Shown here: positions 23,911 to 36,912 of the stretch, piece by piece
Layout of the letters: the number at the start of each line of letters is the position of its first letter
Numbering within the stretch: the stretch's first letter is position 1
Source of the DNA: Podarcis bocagei
Lineage: Eukaryota
Reading direction: 5' to 3' (one strand)
Length of the DNA: 64,000 bases
Assembly: GCA_964188305.1 (NCBI GenBank)
Contig: OZ076889.1
Translations under genes and position numbers: made by a program
The notes under the pieces: generated by a model
The model's database searches: none
What the model was told of the DNA's origin: nothing
The model's input: the letters and a program-made list of their open reading frames with translations, nothing else

Positions 23911-26900
23911 TAACTTTTCTCCCCGCAGCTCCTTTTCTGCCTAGTGAAATTTTCTAATAAGGCAGCAACTACTGGGAGACCCACGATCCTTCAAACAGCA
24001 GGGGATAAGTTTGAAAAATGCAGCTGGCACAGATCTGCACAAACTTGCATCTCTAATGAAGGGGAATGGGTTTTATTGCTTGCCATCTGTCCCTTCCTCG
24101 TGCCTTTGTTCCTTGACTTTTTTTAAAAAAAGTATATTCGCAGACCATTAAATCCCACCTACACCCAAAACAACATCACACTGTGGCTTCCTTCATTCAG
24201 CATTCAAGCAATAGAAGCGAGAATGGAAACAAGAAGGCGTTCATTGAGGACATCCCCCCCCCTCCTCCTCTTCCCTTTCAAAGGCTTCGGGAATCCTTCT
24301 AAAGCTGGGGACATCAAAGTGGAAGGACAACAATGAGATATCAGCAGAAGGCACGTTTAGGCATTCAGACAAACCCTTGCATTGTCTAGGAAAAACTGCA
24401 TAAAAGGCGTTAGAGGATGGCATCGGCAAGGTTATCAGCTGCAATGCCCCTCCTTCTCTTTAGGATGCTTATGGGATCTGCTTAGGTCTGATTGGTGGTG
24501 CAAATTGGTCAGGCCTGGACCTATAAGCAGAATGAGGGGGTGGAATTCTGAACTCATAAGGTGGAGAGTTGGGACCACTTCAGATTGTAAGAGAGGGCTA
24601 CCATTTTTAAATGATCCCCCTCCAATTAAAAGCTCCATGTTGTTGCTGTTGTTGTTGTTTTATTTATACCCAACCCATCTGGCTGGATTTCCCCAGCCAC
24701 TCTGGGTGGCTTACAATACATATAAAAACATAATAAAACCCTCAAGCATTAAAAACCTCCCGATACAAACTCCAAAATGTTAAAAACAAACTCCAGAAAT
24801 CTAGCACATCGGGGACAAAGGTTCTAGCCGAGTCTACACCCACGTGTGCTGTTTCCTATTTGCAGTCTGAGAGAAATGTTGTGTGTGTGGTATTTTTTTA
24901 AAAAATGTATGATAGCATTCAGCCTAGAATTGAATTCCATCCACTCTACAACCTCAGAGTTCTCACTTTACCACATCATTTTGCTGCGTGTGAGTAGAAT
25001 CAGAGGACCAGAGGACTGAAAAAGATCTTAGAGATCTTTTAGTCCTACTGCACCCTCCCCACCTTTCACACAGCATGTCTGAGATGCTACAAGATGCAAA
25101 TGGGTGTTTAGCCCCCAACCAACAACCGTAGTGTTTAGCCCTTGTAGCAAGCTGAGAAATCCAGTGATGCTTTATCCCTTTTCATACGTACAGAAAGGAT
25201 TTTGGAAGGAACTCTCTTTTACAGTGATATAAGCAATAATGTGAACAGCAGGGCTGTCATTATCTGGTTGACAAAGGTGAGTGACAGCAGAGTCTACGTC
25301 AAGCTCTGAATTTACGACAAGACCTGTGGGTGACTTAAGACTGTGAATTAGGAGATGTGCCTAAATCATCCTGGGATTCATTCGCCCTGCAGAGTAACAT
25401 TGCTGATTAATTCACGCTAACTGAATATATTTAGATTACTGTAGAGGAAGCAATAGATAATTTGGAATAAAAAACAGAAAACTGTAAACATGAAGTAAAG
25501 GTGCATGCGTTTAATCTATTAATTTTATGGATCTGCATGAAGCAAATCCATGTTTGACAAAGGAATTAAATAAACAGCAAGCTTCTGACGAAGGAAATTA
25601 GCACTCAAAATGGATTTGCAACTGACAGGGAACCGATATGGAGTGCAGTAAAAGATTGCAAGCTTCAAATTAACTTATCTGAAGTTGATGACTTGGTTTA
25701 AGGCAACTATATTGAGGTATATAGTTTCCAGATAATAAAACAAAGCCAAATAAAAGGCACAGTTGTTCCACAGGATCCAGATATGATCCCTGAAGGAGGA
25801 GAAAGCACTCAGGACCCAATTGCATCTAATGTGCATCATCTTGGAAGGGGGTGATAACTATAGCAGGTGTGGAAAGGGAATATAATCCTAATACAATCCT
25901 CCGCTTATTTACATCAGGGCAAATCTTCATTGATCCTGTTAATAATCAGCACTCCCTTCACTGCTGATGTAATTTGCATTTTATAAACCCTGCACCTTAA
26001 ACGCAGGGACACATTTAATGTTGCATCAGGTTTTCCTCTCTGTTTCACAATCATCACTTTTTCAAAGCGCTAACACTCCAATATATTGTTGGTTGGGAAA
26101 TGCGGCACTTTCATTAGGTAGTGCACTTTCACTGCTGCTGTTGCTGCCAATCCTACCAATAGTGGTTCATGGCAGGTGGTGGCTGTGGAAATTCAGGCTC
26201 AGTGACCTGGGTCTGCAGCCAAGAGCCAGTCAAGGTGGTCTCTGGCCTTTTCAGTAGCCTCAGCTTTGGCAACTGGGCCCTTCCAGGCCAGGTGATGGAA
26301 AGTCTTCAAGGCAGGGAGCGGGTCTTCACAGCCAAGATGTGAGTTACATAACAATAAATGCCGAATTGTATCATCTATCATCAATTAAACTTGCAACGCA
26401 ATCCTATGCATGTCTACTCAGTAATATTTCCCATTGGTTTCAATTAGACTTAACCCCCCTAGGTAGGTGCAGAATTAAAGAATAGATTCCTTATACAACA
26501 TCATTTTCACCTGAAAGTCCAAATTATCCAATTGTGGCTATGAAGTGCGTGCCAATGCAACTATAGCTCTTTGGGATTCTCATCTATTTGAAAATCCAGT
26601 TATTGGGCCATTGTCCAAATCCTTTGGTTATTCAAATAACTGTGGTTGGGCTGCACACACTGACAAAATGGAATCTATTTTCTTGGTTTTCTTTCCTGCT
26701 TTTTAAATGCAAGAAAGCTACAGCTAATCAAGTTATTTTCCTAAGGCAATGTACTGAATGAGGCTGTAGTCCTAAACCCACCAGCCTGGGAGTAATACTC
26801 AGGGAATTCACTAGGGCTTACTTCTGAGTAGACATGCTTAGGATTGCACTGTATGTTTCACAAGTCAATACTGAAACAATTAAGATAAGACCAAAAAAAT

Positions 26901-28009
26901 CAGAAATGTGGTTCAGATTTTGAGAGCCTTTACATATACACATAACATTTGTTAATGTTATACCATCAATCATTTTCTGCAGTCTCAATAGCAAACCATT
27001 TGCTGCTGGCAATTTGGAATTTCCCCAACATACCATATACCACTTCCATCCTTACCATGTCTAATATTTTCACACCAATTTCATATTTGCTTTCTTTATA
27101 CACCTAAGTCTCAGTGAATTCAAAGGGGCTTACTTCTGAGTAGACACATACATAACTGTAGTGTAAGCAGCTGAATAGCAGGATTCCCATGGGATTGTAG
27201 AGTAAAGCGTAGCCTGTCATATTTTGAAATATTTTAAAGATTTAGACACAACCCCTACAGTTCCACAGACATTAAATAAAATTGGAAAGAGAAAGGTATA
27301 GCAAAATTGCATCTCTAGTATTTATTTAAATGGAACTCGAATGCCATTGAAACATTATTTTGCAATAACTTCCTTTCAGGTTCTTGGTACCTTGAGGAAA
27401 TAAGTAACATAATGGTCCCTTTTCTAAAGCATCTGCCTTCGCTTTCATTTCAGGGCAAATGGTAATAGGATTATAAATTTGATTTTTGCATCTAGATGTG
27501 AATCATTGACCCCACCCCTTTTCAGGTAAATTACTTATCAACTATTTAGTTCAAGACTGGCTCTGTTTAATCTGTATTGATTATACAATAACGTTTCATA
27601 GCCACCATAAATTTATCTTCATTAACAATTCCTGTGGAGATGCAGCAGTATAAAGCTGATTCGGTATTACAGCAGAATCAGACTCTGACTCAACAGAAAC
27701 TTCTGTATTTAAAATGCAGGATTTATATTCAATGGAAGTAAATATCACTCGCACTCTGTGAAATGTTTTACATTGCCACCAGATCTGTTCGTACTGCAAC
27801 AATGATTTTATTATCAGTGTTTTGCATTCCTCTGGAGGAATCCACTCATTTATAGATAAAGCATATGAGATGCAGTTTCTCAGAAGACTGTTCACTTTTC
27901 ACCTTAGGAAAGTTGTTTTTTCCAGCGTCAGTGATATCAATAATCTAAAAATATTTAGAAAGTGGGGAATTTTGGATTTCCTTCTCCAAAGTCCAGGGGA
28001 CATGAAACT

Positions 28010-28161
28010 TGTTGTTGTTGTTTAGTCATTTAGTCATGCCCAACTCTTCGTGACCCCATGGACCAGAGCACGCCAGGCACTCCTGTCTTCCACTGCCTCC
28101 TGCAGTTTGGTCAAACTCATGCTGGTAGCTTCGAGAACACTATCCAACCATCTCGTCCTCT
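28010..28161 (-). mobile_element. Short BovB 3' fragment
   Basis: Reverse complement of the last ~150 bp of the 13655-14184 copy, including the (CAA)n tail. Confidence 0.88.
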
Positions 28162-28425
28162 TAAAACCTTGCTAAACATCCTTAGAACACAAGGGGATAG
28201 ATTAGTGGGACTATTTTAGTGAGAAATGCCTCTCAAACCAATTAAGCTTAATGTACATGACAGTTTATGGGGGGGGGGGAGATGTTGGACAAAAAGAAGA
28301 CAACAATCACAAAGAGATAGTTACATACAATCAAATCAACAGGAGGAGAGGAAAAGTAAAGACACCAACCTGTCTTGCAGCTACCTTTGGTCTTATATCA
28401 GCAAGAGGCAAATATTTTTTAATTA

Positions 28426-28684
28426 CCGTATTTTTCGCTCTATAAGACGCACCAGACCATAAGACGCACCTAGTTTTTGGAGGAGGAAAACAAGAAAAAA
28501 TATATTCTGAATCTCAGAAGCCAGAACAACAAGAGGGATGACTGCACAGCCAAAGCAGCAATCCCTCTTGCTGTTCTGGCTTCTGGGGTAGCTGCACAGC
28601 CTGCATTCACTCCATAAGACACACACACATTTCTCCTTACTTTTAAGGAGGGAAAAAGTGAGTCTTATAGAGCAAAAAATACTG
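28426..28684. mobile_element. Tc1/mariner-type MITE
   Basis: TIRs CCGTATTTTTCGCTCTATAAGAC / GTCTTATAGAGCAAAAAATACTG with flanking TA and internal CCATAAGAC repeats. Confidence 0.8.
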
Positions 28685-30636
28685 TAACTTCTGGGAGTTC
28701 TTGCACCAACAGTGTTTAACTCTCAGACATTTCCGTTTGCAAACCAATTAGCAAAGCTGTTAAATCTGAAGCCCTGCTTTTCAGCTATTTTACCATTCCC
28801 TGGAGATACATGTTCCCTGAACTGTTTGGATTAGTTAGCTAATGACTGTCACTATTTTATTTGAGCACTGACCGATGTCCACAAGAGAAAAACAAACCAC
28901 TGCAGGAAACTGTCAAGCAGATGGTACTGCATTGGGTCCATTTTTGCACAGTCTTTCATCACAGCATATGCCATGGCTGGAAACAGACAATGGCAATCCA
29001 CTGGAATTTACTCATGTTCGTTGAAGAGCCAAAGCTTCATTACGGACATTGTTTTCCCTCTTCCCATGTGTTAGGTAAATTCTGTGTAGCAGAATCTTTA
29101 TGTAACAAAAAGACCAAGTCACGAGAGCCCATTATTATATTTTGTGAACAAGTAAATAGAAACAAAAGGTATCAAGGTTACTATATAATAGCAAACATGT
29201 TTCCCCGTGTGCAAGATACTGGAATGATCCAAACAGTACACTGTGAAGCAGTTATCCAGTAAATGTGGAATGAGATTTTGAGGATTAAAACTTGCCTCAT
29301 GCTTTTCAACCCAAAGAGAGTACGTATGAATGTCAGCTAAGGACCCATCATTGCCTCAGTTCCCTGGTAGGTTTTTCTGCCTTTTAGGGTAGTGTCAATA
29401 CAGCTGACCTGGAATTTTTTATTGGCCAATACACAACAGCTTCTGCAGTCCAGGGCATGTGCTGAGGTTCAAATAACAGAGGCATTCTTGGGACTTGTAT
29501 GCTGCTGGAGTTATGAATGTCACACCCAGTCTCGGGGTCAGTGGATCTTGGGTTTGGATTGCACTGTAAATCATACTCCCACTGAAATCAATATACTTGC
29601 CTATCTTATGTCCATTGATTTTTCAGAGATCTACTCTGGGTATGCCTTAGCTCAAAACAACTGCATATGGTTTACAAAATATATAAAGAGTTAAAAGTAG
29701 TTGGGCACATTTAACAGCAGGGTGATTAAATACAGTACAATAATATTCCTATTTACTCCAAGTGCCACTGCATTTAATGTGGTTTACAAATTAATAACAA
29801 CGTTTAGGATTGCAGCCTGAAAAGGAGTAAAGGTTAAAAGGGAAATGAAATGTGCTGCTGAAGGATGAAAAGCCAAAAAAAGCACAGAGCAGGTCTATGA
29901 AATGTTATATTTTAAATTATAGCAGCTGAATGCTGCTAAGAGATAAGGAATGCTAAGTGAAAATCCAAAGGGAAAAAATGAATATTATTTCACATAAAAA
30001 GCAACTTTCTAAAGAAACCTGTTGCATTATAATGAACATTCTGTCCAATCCCACCCCAGGTGTCAGCTGATGCTAGAAAAGCAGACTTTATGTGGCTGGA
30101 AATCATTCATTCATTCATTCATTCAATGATTATTTATGTTTATATTTCAGGTATTTGTACACACCAATCAGAGTATACAGTCTGCTTCATACAGTCCCAC
30201 CTGAAGGCAGCTAGGCTTACTTCCAAGGAAACATGTTTAAATTAGACTAGTCACAGGCAATAGGACTTATACTATTATGCTTTTGGAAACCCCAAAATTT
30301 TTTTAAAAGCAGTTGATCCAGTGGGAGAAGAGATAGATGGAAAATTGGCTCAGATGAAGCAGTGGGGGTGCTTAACCTTTTCCCCTCACACAATTTCCCC
30401 AATGAAATCACCCCATGAGGTGGCTGATAGCCTCACTAAAGAAAAATGCAGGCATCAATTTTGAACTTGACTTCCCTTCCTAGCAGGGCTAATCGCAGCA
30501 GCTTTGAGATGGGATAGCAAAAAAGAATAGAAGGAAAGAAGAATAGAATAACAGTTGTTTCCTTTTCCACATCTGTTTTTAAGGGTGGGATAGCCAGTTA
30601 CAATCTCCCATCCTATGTAGGAAGGCCTAAAGATGT

Positions 30637-30678
30637 TGTTTGTTTGTTTGTTTGTTTGTTTGTTTGTTTGTTTGTTTG
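30637..30678. repeat. (TTTG)n microsatellite
   Basis: Direct tetranucleotide run. Confidence 0.9.
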
Positions 30679-32290
30679 TCTGTTAATATATTTCCAAAGC
30701 TCCATGCAGCAGATAATTCTGTTTACAGGATTAAAAACAGCAAAACAAACAGGAATGAAGAAAAACGCAGTCATGATAAGACAACATTCAAACAGCCACT
30801 AAAAGCAGCAGCAGAATAAAATCAACCATTTAAAATGTTTGTTTAAAAGCACTGGGGGGGGGTTAAAAAAGCAATGTGGACAGCAACAGATGAACTTCAC
30901 CAGGGGGAGAGTTCCACATACCCATAAGGGTCCCTATTTCCCCAGCACATTCATGGAATTTCAGAAGCCATCCCACCTTCTGATTTCTTCTGGGAATGTC
31001 CTGTTTTTCCCTCCAGCGCCACTGCTAAACAAGGGAGGAGGGTCAGCTGGCGCTTGCAGGTAGCACTTGCAGCCCACATTTGTGCTTGGCTCTGGAATCC
31101 TCATGAAATGAGACCTTTGTGCGCAGAGGAGGCATTTCCCTGCCGGAGTGTAGGTAGCAGATATGTGCAATGCTCTTGCCGGTCCCTCTCTGCTGCCGCC
31201 ATAGTGGCGTGAGGTGTGGCATGGGTGGAGGAAGGGAGCGAGGAGGGAAGGGAGTGATCAACTGCCAGGTAGAGGCTGTGGCAGGGGAGGCAGCAGCTGA
31301 CTTGTGTGCCTTTTGGTGCAATGCGCTGAGCCAGCTGACTCATGTGGCAGCGCAGCTGAAAAACGTTGGAGGGTTTGGTTCCATTGCTGGGGCACCACAA
31401 CCAGAAGCATCCTACTAGCCACAATGTCTATTTATACTTCCATGGAATGCCCTGGAATGCCAATTGCTTGGGAATCACAAGTGGGAAGAGTGTTGTTGTG
31501 CACACGTCCTGTTTGGGGGCTGGCCATAGACATTTGGTTGGCCACTGTGAAAACAGGTTGCTGGACTAGATGAGCCTTTGCCATCTTTGATCCAGCAAGG
31601 CTCTTCTCGTGTTCTTATGTAGGGCTTTGTCACCACCCATCTCACTTCAGACAATGAGGGGACCAGAAGGAGAGCACCCACAGGTGACAGACAGGTAGAT
31701 ATGGGAGCAGATGCTCCTTCACACATATCTATTGATCTGCAGCATAGGCTCAAATGGCTTAGGAAATAACAGAGTCCGATGAGCTGTCATCTGACCCCTA
31801 GAAATGATGGATCCTGGTGCCTCTCCTGTGGGAGAGAGTTTCATAAATTGTTCACCCCCACCCCCCAAGGCTCAGAAACAGCCTCAAATAGCCACCCGTT
31901 GTGCATCAGGTGGAAGAGGGATGTAGTAGGAATGGAGCCTCAGGAGATGAACTAAGGGCTTGGGACTTCCGGGTTGGCGCGAACAGCTAATGGCGGATTC
32001 CCTCCGAGCTCCGGAGGGAATCGGCTCCGCTGGGGACGGGTCTTGCTGCGACGGCGACGCGGGGACCCTCAAAAACCGCAGGCGCGGATGCCTGCGGACC
32101 TGGTGACTCGGTGGGCACCTTAAGCGCCCCCCCGACCCATGAAGAGCCTTTTTAAAGGCTGCGGAGAGGGTACGGAGAGTGGCGTGGTGCTGGGAGTAGA
32201 CCGCTATCCCAGCGGAGCGAAGCCGTGTGCCATGGCTGAAGAGCGCTGACTTGTTTCCTTAAATTCAGACCCAAAAAAGAAGCAACCCGT

Positions 32291-32548
32291 GAGTAGATTG
32301 TGGTGTAGTGGTTAAGAGCGGTAGTCACGTAATCTGGGTAACCGGGTTCGCGTCTCCGCTCCTCCACATGCAGCTGCTGGGTGACCTTGGGCCAGTCACA
32401 CTTCTCTGAAGTCTCTCAGCCCCACTCACCTCACAGAGTGTTTGTTGTGGGGGAGGAAGGGAAAGGAGAATGTTAGCCGCTTTGAGACTCCTGAAGGGGA
32501 GTGAAAGGCGGGATATCAAATCCAAACTCTTCAAATCCAAACTCTTCT
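32291..32548 (+). mobile_element. Squam3-type tRNA-derived SINE inside the L1-derived element
   Basis: A box TGGTGTAGTGG, B-box-like GGTTCGCGTCT, L2-like 3' end (gttagccgctttgagactcc...gcgggatat) and a CTCTT tail. Confidence 0.8.
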
Positions 32549-33012
32549 ATCCGCGAATTTGGTACGACCGGGGGATGTGTCAAAGGGAAGTCCGCACCCC
32601 CCCTCCTGCAGACAATTTAAAGCAATAGCAGGAAAAACTAAGTTGGAGAGCCTACCCCTTTTGGGGTGAGTTAAAAAGACATTAACTTTCACGATTGGAT
32701 AAAAGAAGTGTGGAGTTGGAGTGTGAGAGTGGTTTTTTAGAAGTTTTTCTTTTGCCGTATGCAACCCCCCCTCCCGGGCCCGGGAGCGTCCTGTCTTTGA
32801 GCTTGCTGAAGAGGAAAGGAGTTTGACAGCTGTCAAAAGCTGTCAAACGGGTGATTTAAAGCGAAAAAATACTTAAGATCTCTCTGGACTAAATGTGATA
32901 TAATTTAACTAAAGAGTTTGGATACAAAGAAATAAACAACGAGGTAAAGGATTGTTGGGAAAAGATTACTAAGTAACTAGATTCCCCCTAGGGGGAATCT
33001 TGAGACATTACA

Positions 33013-33633
33013 ATGGCTGTGGATGGAAACTTACTAGCTGAAATAGAAAAAACGTTTTACCTTGTGGGAATTTTACAAGAGCAGAGTCTTGCTATGAATA
33101 AACAACTTATGACCTTGACTTCTGGAATAAGCAGCTCTGCTGAAAGTATGGAGGATCTGAGTGAGAAAAAATCTGCAGCTGAACGGAAAGAGATAATGCA
33201 AGAAGGAAACGAGACTAAACAAGCAAAGGAGGAAGTACAGATGGAAAGCACAAATCAGAAGCCTATACAAATGGTTTTTAAACAAGAAGACCCTTGGATT
33301 ATGTGGATTACAAACCTGCAAAAGATCCGAAAGATGGAGGAGAAAGCCCCTGGAATACTTGGAATTCAAGAATTTGAAAGAAAGAAGAAATATGACTGGG
33401 GCCTCCTTTTTCATTCTTACTCTTATTTTCATTCTTATTTTGACTCTGAATATGAAGGATTGGTGGAAATTTTGCAGCAGTTGGCTCTAAGTGCTTTTGT
33501 GGGAAGAAAACCTGGCTTGATTGGGATAGAACTCCTTCGAGACCCGAAGACCAACATGAAGGATCACCAACAAAACCGGCGGAGAGGGACTGAAAGAGAT
33601 TTGAAGGCCTCGGACGTGAGGAATCCAGGCTAA
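33013..33633 (+). CDS. 206-aa ORF of the L1-derived element (ORF1-like position, charged/coiled-coil-like N-terminal half)
   Basis: ATG-initiated with a good Kozak context (ACAATGG), A-rich strand, E/K/Q-rich. Homology not confirmed. Confidence 0.4.
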   Translation: MAVDGNLLAEIEKTFYLVGILQEQSLAMNKQLMTLTSGISSSAESMEDLSEKKSAAERKEIMQEGNETKQAKEEVQMESTNQKPIQMVFKQEDPWIMWITNLQKIRKMEEKAPGILGIQEFERKKKYDWGLLFHSYSYFHSYFDSEYEGLVEILQQLALSAFVGRKPGLIGIELLRDPKTNMKDHQQNRRRGTERDLKASDVRNPG

Positions 33634-34497
33634 GAACTGTCATTTTGGACATATATTCGGGAAGGGACGGAAACCGGGGATGGGAGGGGGGGGAAACAGA
33701 ATTCCAAAACACTTATGACTTTTGGGTTTAGTCAGTATGAGTCATGTTTTATAAAAAATGGGAAATCAATGGAAGAGATTTTGAGTCCAATTTAGGAAAG
33801 AACTTAATTTTTTATAAAAGATGTAATATTAATATGGTAAGAAGAGAAAATAATAACTTGCTGACAGAAATATGGGAATGGGGATGCATGAAGGGGGGTG
33901 GGGGGAAGTCAATGACCAAGGTTAAGAAAGTAAGATTTTTGAAATTTTATGTGTTTTTGTCTTTGTCTTTTATGTTTGTGTTATGTCTTTAAAAAATTTG
34001 AAAAACCAATAAAAATTTTATTTTAAAAAAAAATGAACTAAGGGCTTGTCCACCTTTCCTTTTGCCCCATTCTTTCCGGGCACAGGTCCACACTTAAAAC
34101 TCTGTGTTCAAGCATGGGTTGGTTGGTTGGTTTGTGGGGGTTGCCCTGGAGCTTTCACAGTAAAAACCTGCTCTTTAGTGCTCAGTCAGAGCAAACATCA
34201 ATTTGAGTTTTCTGTGGAATGCCCTTTGTTCCAACTGAGCTTTGAAGAGCAGGTTTTCACAAGGAAAGCTCTGGAGCAAAATAAGTGCACTCAGACACAG
34301 AGCTTGGACCATGCCTGGAAAGAGTGAAGGAAAGCTAAGTACGGCTAACCCCTCAGAGGGCAAATGGGTTTGTGTGGAAGAAGGTATCCTGGCACCATAC
34401 CATTTTAGGCTTTAAAGGATAAAAAAAGGTCACATTGAATTGGACAGAGACACCAAATGGAACTTGGTGGATGCAAAACCTGAAAGCTATGGTCTAT

Positions 34498-34730
34498 AGA
34501 AGTGAGGGTGATCTGGCTCTGACATCTGCAACATTGATCGCCATGGTTGATTAGGCTGATCTGACCGGCTAGGCGGGTGACCCCTTCCTCCCATGTGCAT
34601 CCCTCCTGAAACTGCATGCTCAGAGGATGAGGATGACCATCTGAAATATAAGGAGTGTACCGTTCTTCAGTCAAGCGTATATGATAGCTGCGCTCCTTTG
34701 CTAGAACCTTCAAACAAGCTCAAGGTCTAT
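34498..34730 (+). pseudogene. RN7SK: 7SK snRNA retropseudogene, 3'-truncated
   Basis: Collinear with recalled 7SK from its 5' end (GTGAGGG.GATCTGGCT..GACATCTG...ATTGATCGCCA.GGTTGATT.GGCTGATCTG..GGCTAGGCGGGTG.CCCCTTCCTCCC) to TAGCTGCGCTCC..TGCTAGAACCT.CAAACAAGCTCAAGGTC. Many CpG-to-TpG/CpA changes; the 3' hairpin and U-tail are missing. Confidence 0.92.
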
Positions 34731-36912
34731 GCAATATAATTGCATCTTTCCAGCCTAACTGTTTTAGTGCTTCTGATTCTCACTACCCTCCAGACCTATG
34801 CCTGTGATAGTCTTCAATGACTCTCACACAAAACAGACTAGCACAGGTTGCACAAGTGCCGATCCCATCAATCAAGACACAGAGAAGCTTCATACCAGGT
34901 TAGCATGAGCAATGCTACAGTACTAGATGATCCTAGCTGGTATACATTTGAGCTGCTTAATTTTGCCACTAAGCAAATTACACCTATTCTTTAGAGGACA
35001 GTTTAAATTTTAAAAAGTATGCATTTTTTTTCTTGTTCACAATTTCAGTGAGAAGCATTTTGTTTCTGCCTAAAAGGACCTTAGACTTTTCTGCTATCAA
35101 CCTGTCAATGCAAAGCGTGTCACAAATACGTGCCGTTTTCATGTACATATATTAAGAATGATGTCCTGTTGCACACCTATCAGCAGGACTGAACACTGGT
35201 CAGGTGTGAACCTGCAAAGAGCACGAACCGCCAGGGAGCCAAAGGGGAGATATGCTTGGTTTAACAGGGAGAGACATTATATCTCTGCAGATAGTAGCTC
35301 TGGCAAGAGCAAAATAACCTAATAATGTCATGATTGATTTGCGGCACTTTTATGAGCCCTGAGAGGCAAACTCTCCCAAACACTTGGTCCATGGCTTAAA
35401 TCAGGGAAAAGCTCGACAGCTGCGGCACAAAAACACTTTGTGGCTTTGTTATTATGGCTAATTAATTCACTTAAAGCACAGAGCCCAGTCACAGGTATGT
35501 GGACAGAATACCTAGTGAGGGGGGGAAGAGGAGGGATAGAAGATACCGTACCCTACACAGCAGTGTCAAATATCTCAGGCAGGACTGTGCCGACCTAGCT
35601 CTGGCAGATATACTGTAATGCTCACCCCACTTTTCTGAGTGGTGAAAAGTTCCAGGCGTGCAGTGCTTGCACTGTTTTGATTCCCTTTGGGAAGTCACTG
35701 GAGACTCATTTTGCAATATTTGGAGTTATTTACAAATATACAAGTTGAGTACAGCTGGAGACATGACTTAAGCACATCAGGTTTCTAAGGAAGATGTTTG
35801 GGAGCCCATATTTCCTCTGTCTCCCTCAAAGCGCCATCTGGTTTTGGTTTTTTGTTTCCCAGACACCAGGTCCTTTCAGATGTCCTTTGTATTGTGCATT
35901 CATGCTGATTTGCACTCATGGGTGCTTATACGAACATCAAACTTCCAATAACATTTGAGTCTTCAAACGTTTTGGGCAGCCATACTGCTTCATTTGCAAA
36001 AGGGGCATGTTTCCTGTTTTAAAACCTATAAATTTTCAAACCAGCAGTATTGGGGGGATGTCACCCCACCTTTGTTGCCCCTCCAGTGTCAATCATGAGG
36101 TGACATTGTAGAACAACTAATAAAGCAGAATGATGTGTGGATGTTCCAGTATAATATCCACCACTAATGTGCCATTGTCATGTAAATGATTAGTTGCAGA
36201 GTGCATCCACCCACCCACCCACACACACACAAAAAAACCCCAGTCTGGAGGAGTCCATAAACTCTTACCCTCTCCTCCTGACTCGACCAGGGAAATCTGG
36301 ATGAGTCTTTTCAGACTTAGGCTTCTTAGTCCCCACAGAGACCCATTACTGAGCTAACAACACTCCTTAGTCAGTGGAGGTATTGCCTCAGGTCAACACA
36401 CAGTGATAGTCCCAGACATCTGACAGAAAAACCATAACAATATGGGATATGAATATATTCCTAGCCTTATGTTTCAATTGGAAGTTTTCTTGTTTTTAAT
36501 AAGTCCCAGCTGTTACTCATTTTTAAGATTCAAGGGCACAATCCTTTGAAGCAGCCAGTTTTGCAGGCAGGGATGTAAGGAACTGGCTGTTACCTACCTC
36601 AACCTATTGCGCGGGGGGTGGGGTGGGGCACTGTTTGAAAAGAAAAGGGGGAGAATGTCATGAAATGCCAAGCATTTGAAAACCAAATTGCAGCCCAGTG
36701 TCTTGGCATGCAAACAGAGAAACTGCAATGCTTACATGACCAGGTTGCTGACTTCACCAAGAGAGTTGTTGGATGGGAGGGGGGTCAGAGGGTGATTGCT
36801 TTACCATATACATAGCTGGGAGCTCTCAACACTGATCCACTGCACCATTTCTTCAACCCGCTTTTGGTTACTCTGTGCTTATCTAGTCAATGCTTTTGAA
36901 CTGAAGCTGAAC

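Larger units (their letters stand above)
31963..34032 (+). mobile_element. Non-autonomous L1-derived retroposon (CpG-rich 5' UTR, single ORF, G-rich 3' UTR, polyA)
   Basis: Perfect 16-bp TSD ATGAACTAAGGGCTTG (31947-31962, 34033-34048). Starts GGACTTCCGG...ATGGCGG. AATAAA at 34008 is followed by an A-tail. No RT or endonuclease ORF. Confidence 0.8.

Noticed and set aside
23361-23913. Cluster of 90-142 aa ORFs in the CpG-rich segment
   Set aside because: No recognisable homology, and ORFs in all frames suggest a compositional effect.
32300-32360. tRNA-like A/B boxes
   Set aside because: Head of a SINE, not a cloverleaf tRNA gene.
33598-33633. 2A-like ending DLKASDVRNPG* of the 206-aa ORF
   Set aside because: It does not fit D[V/I]ExNPGP (no E, wrong spacing, stop instead of the final P).
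34498-34730. Functional 7SK gene
   Set aside because: 3' hairpin and U-tract are absent, CpGs are heavily decayed, there are internal deletions, and no evident upstream PSE/TATA promoter.
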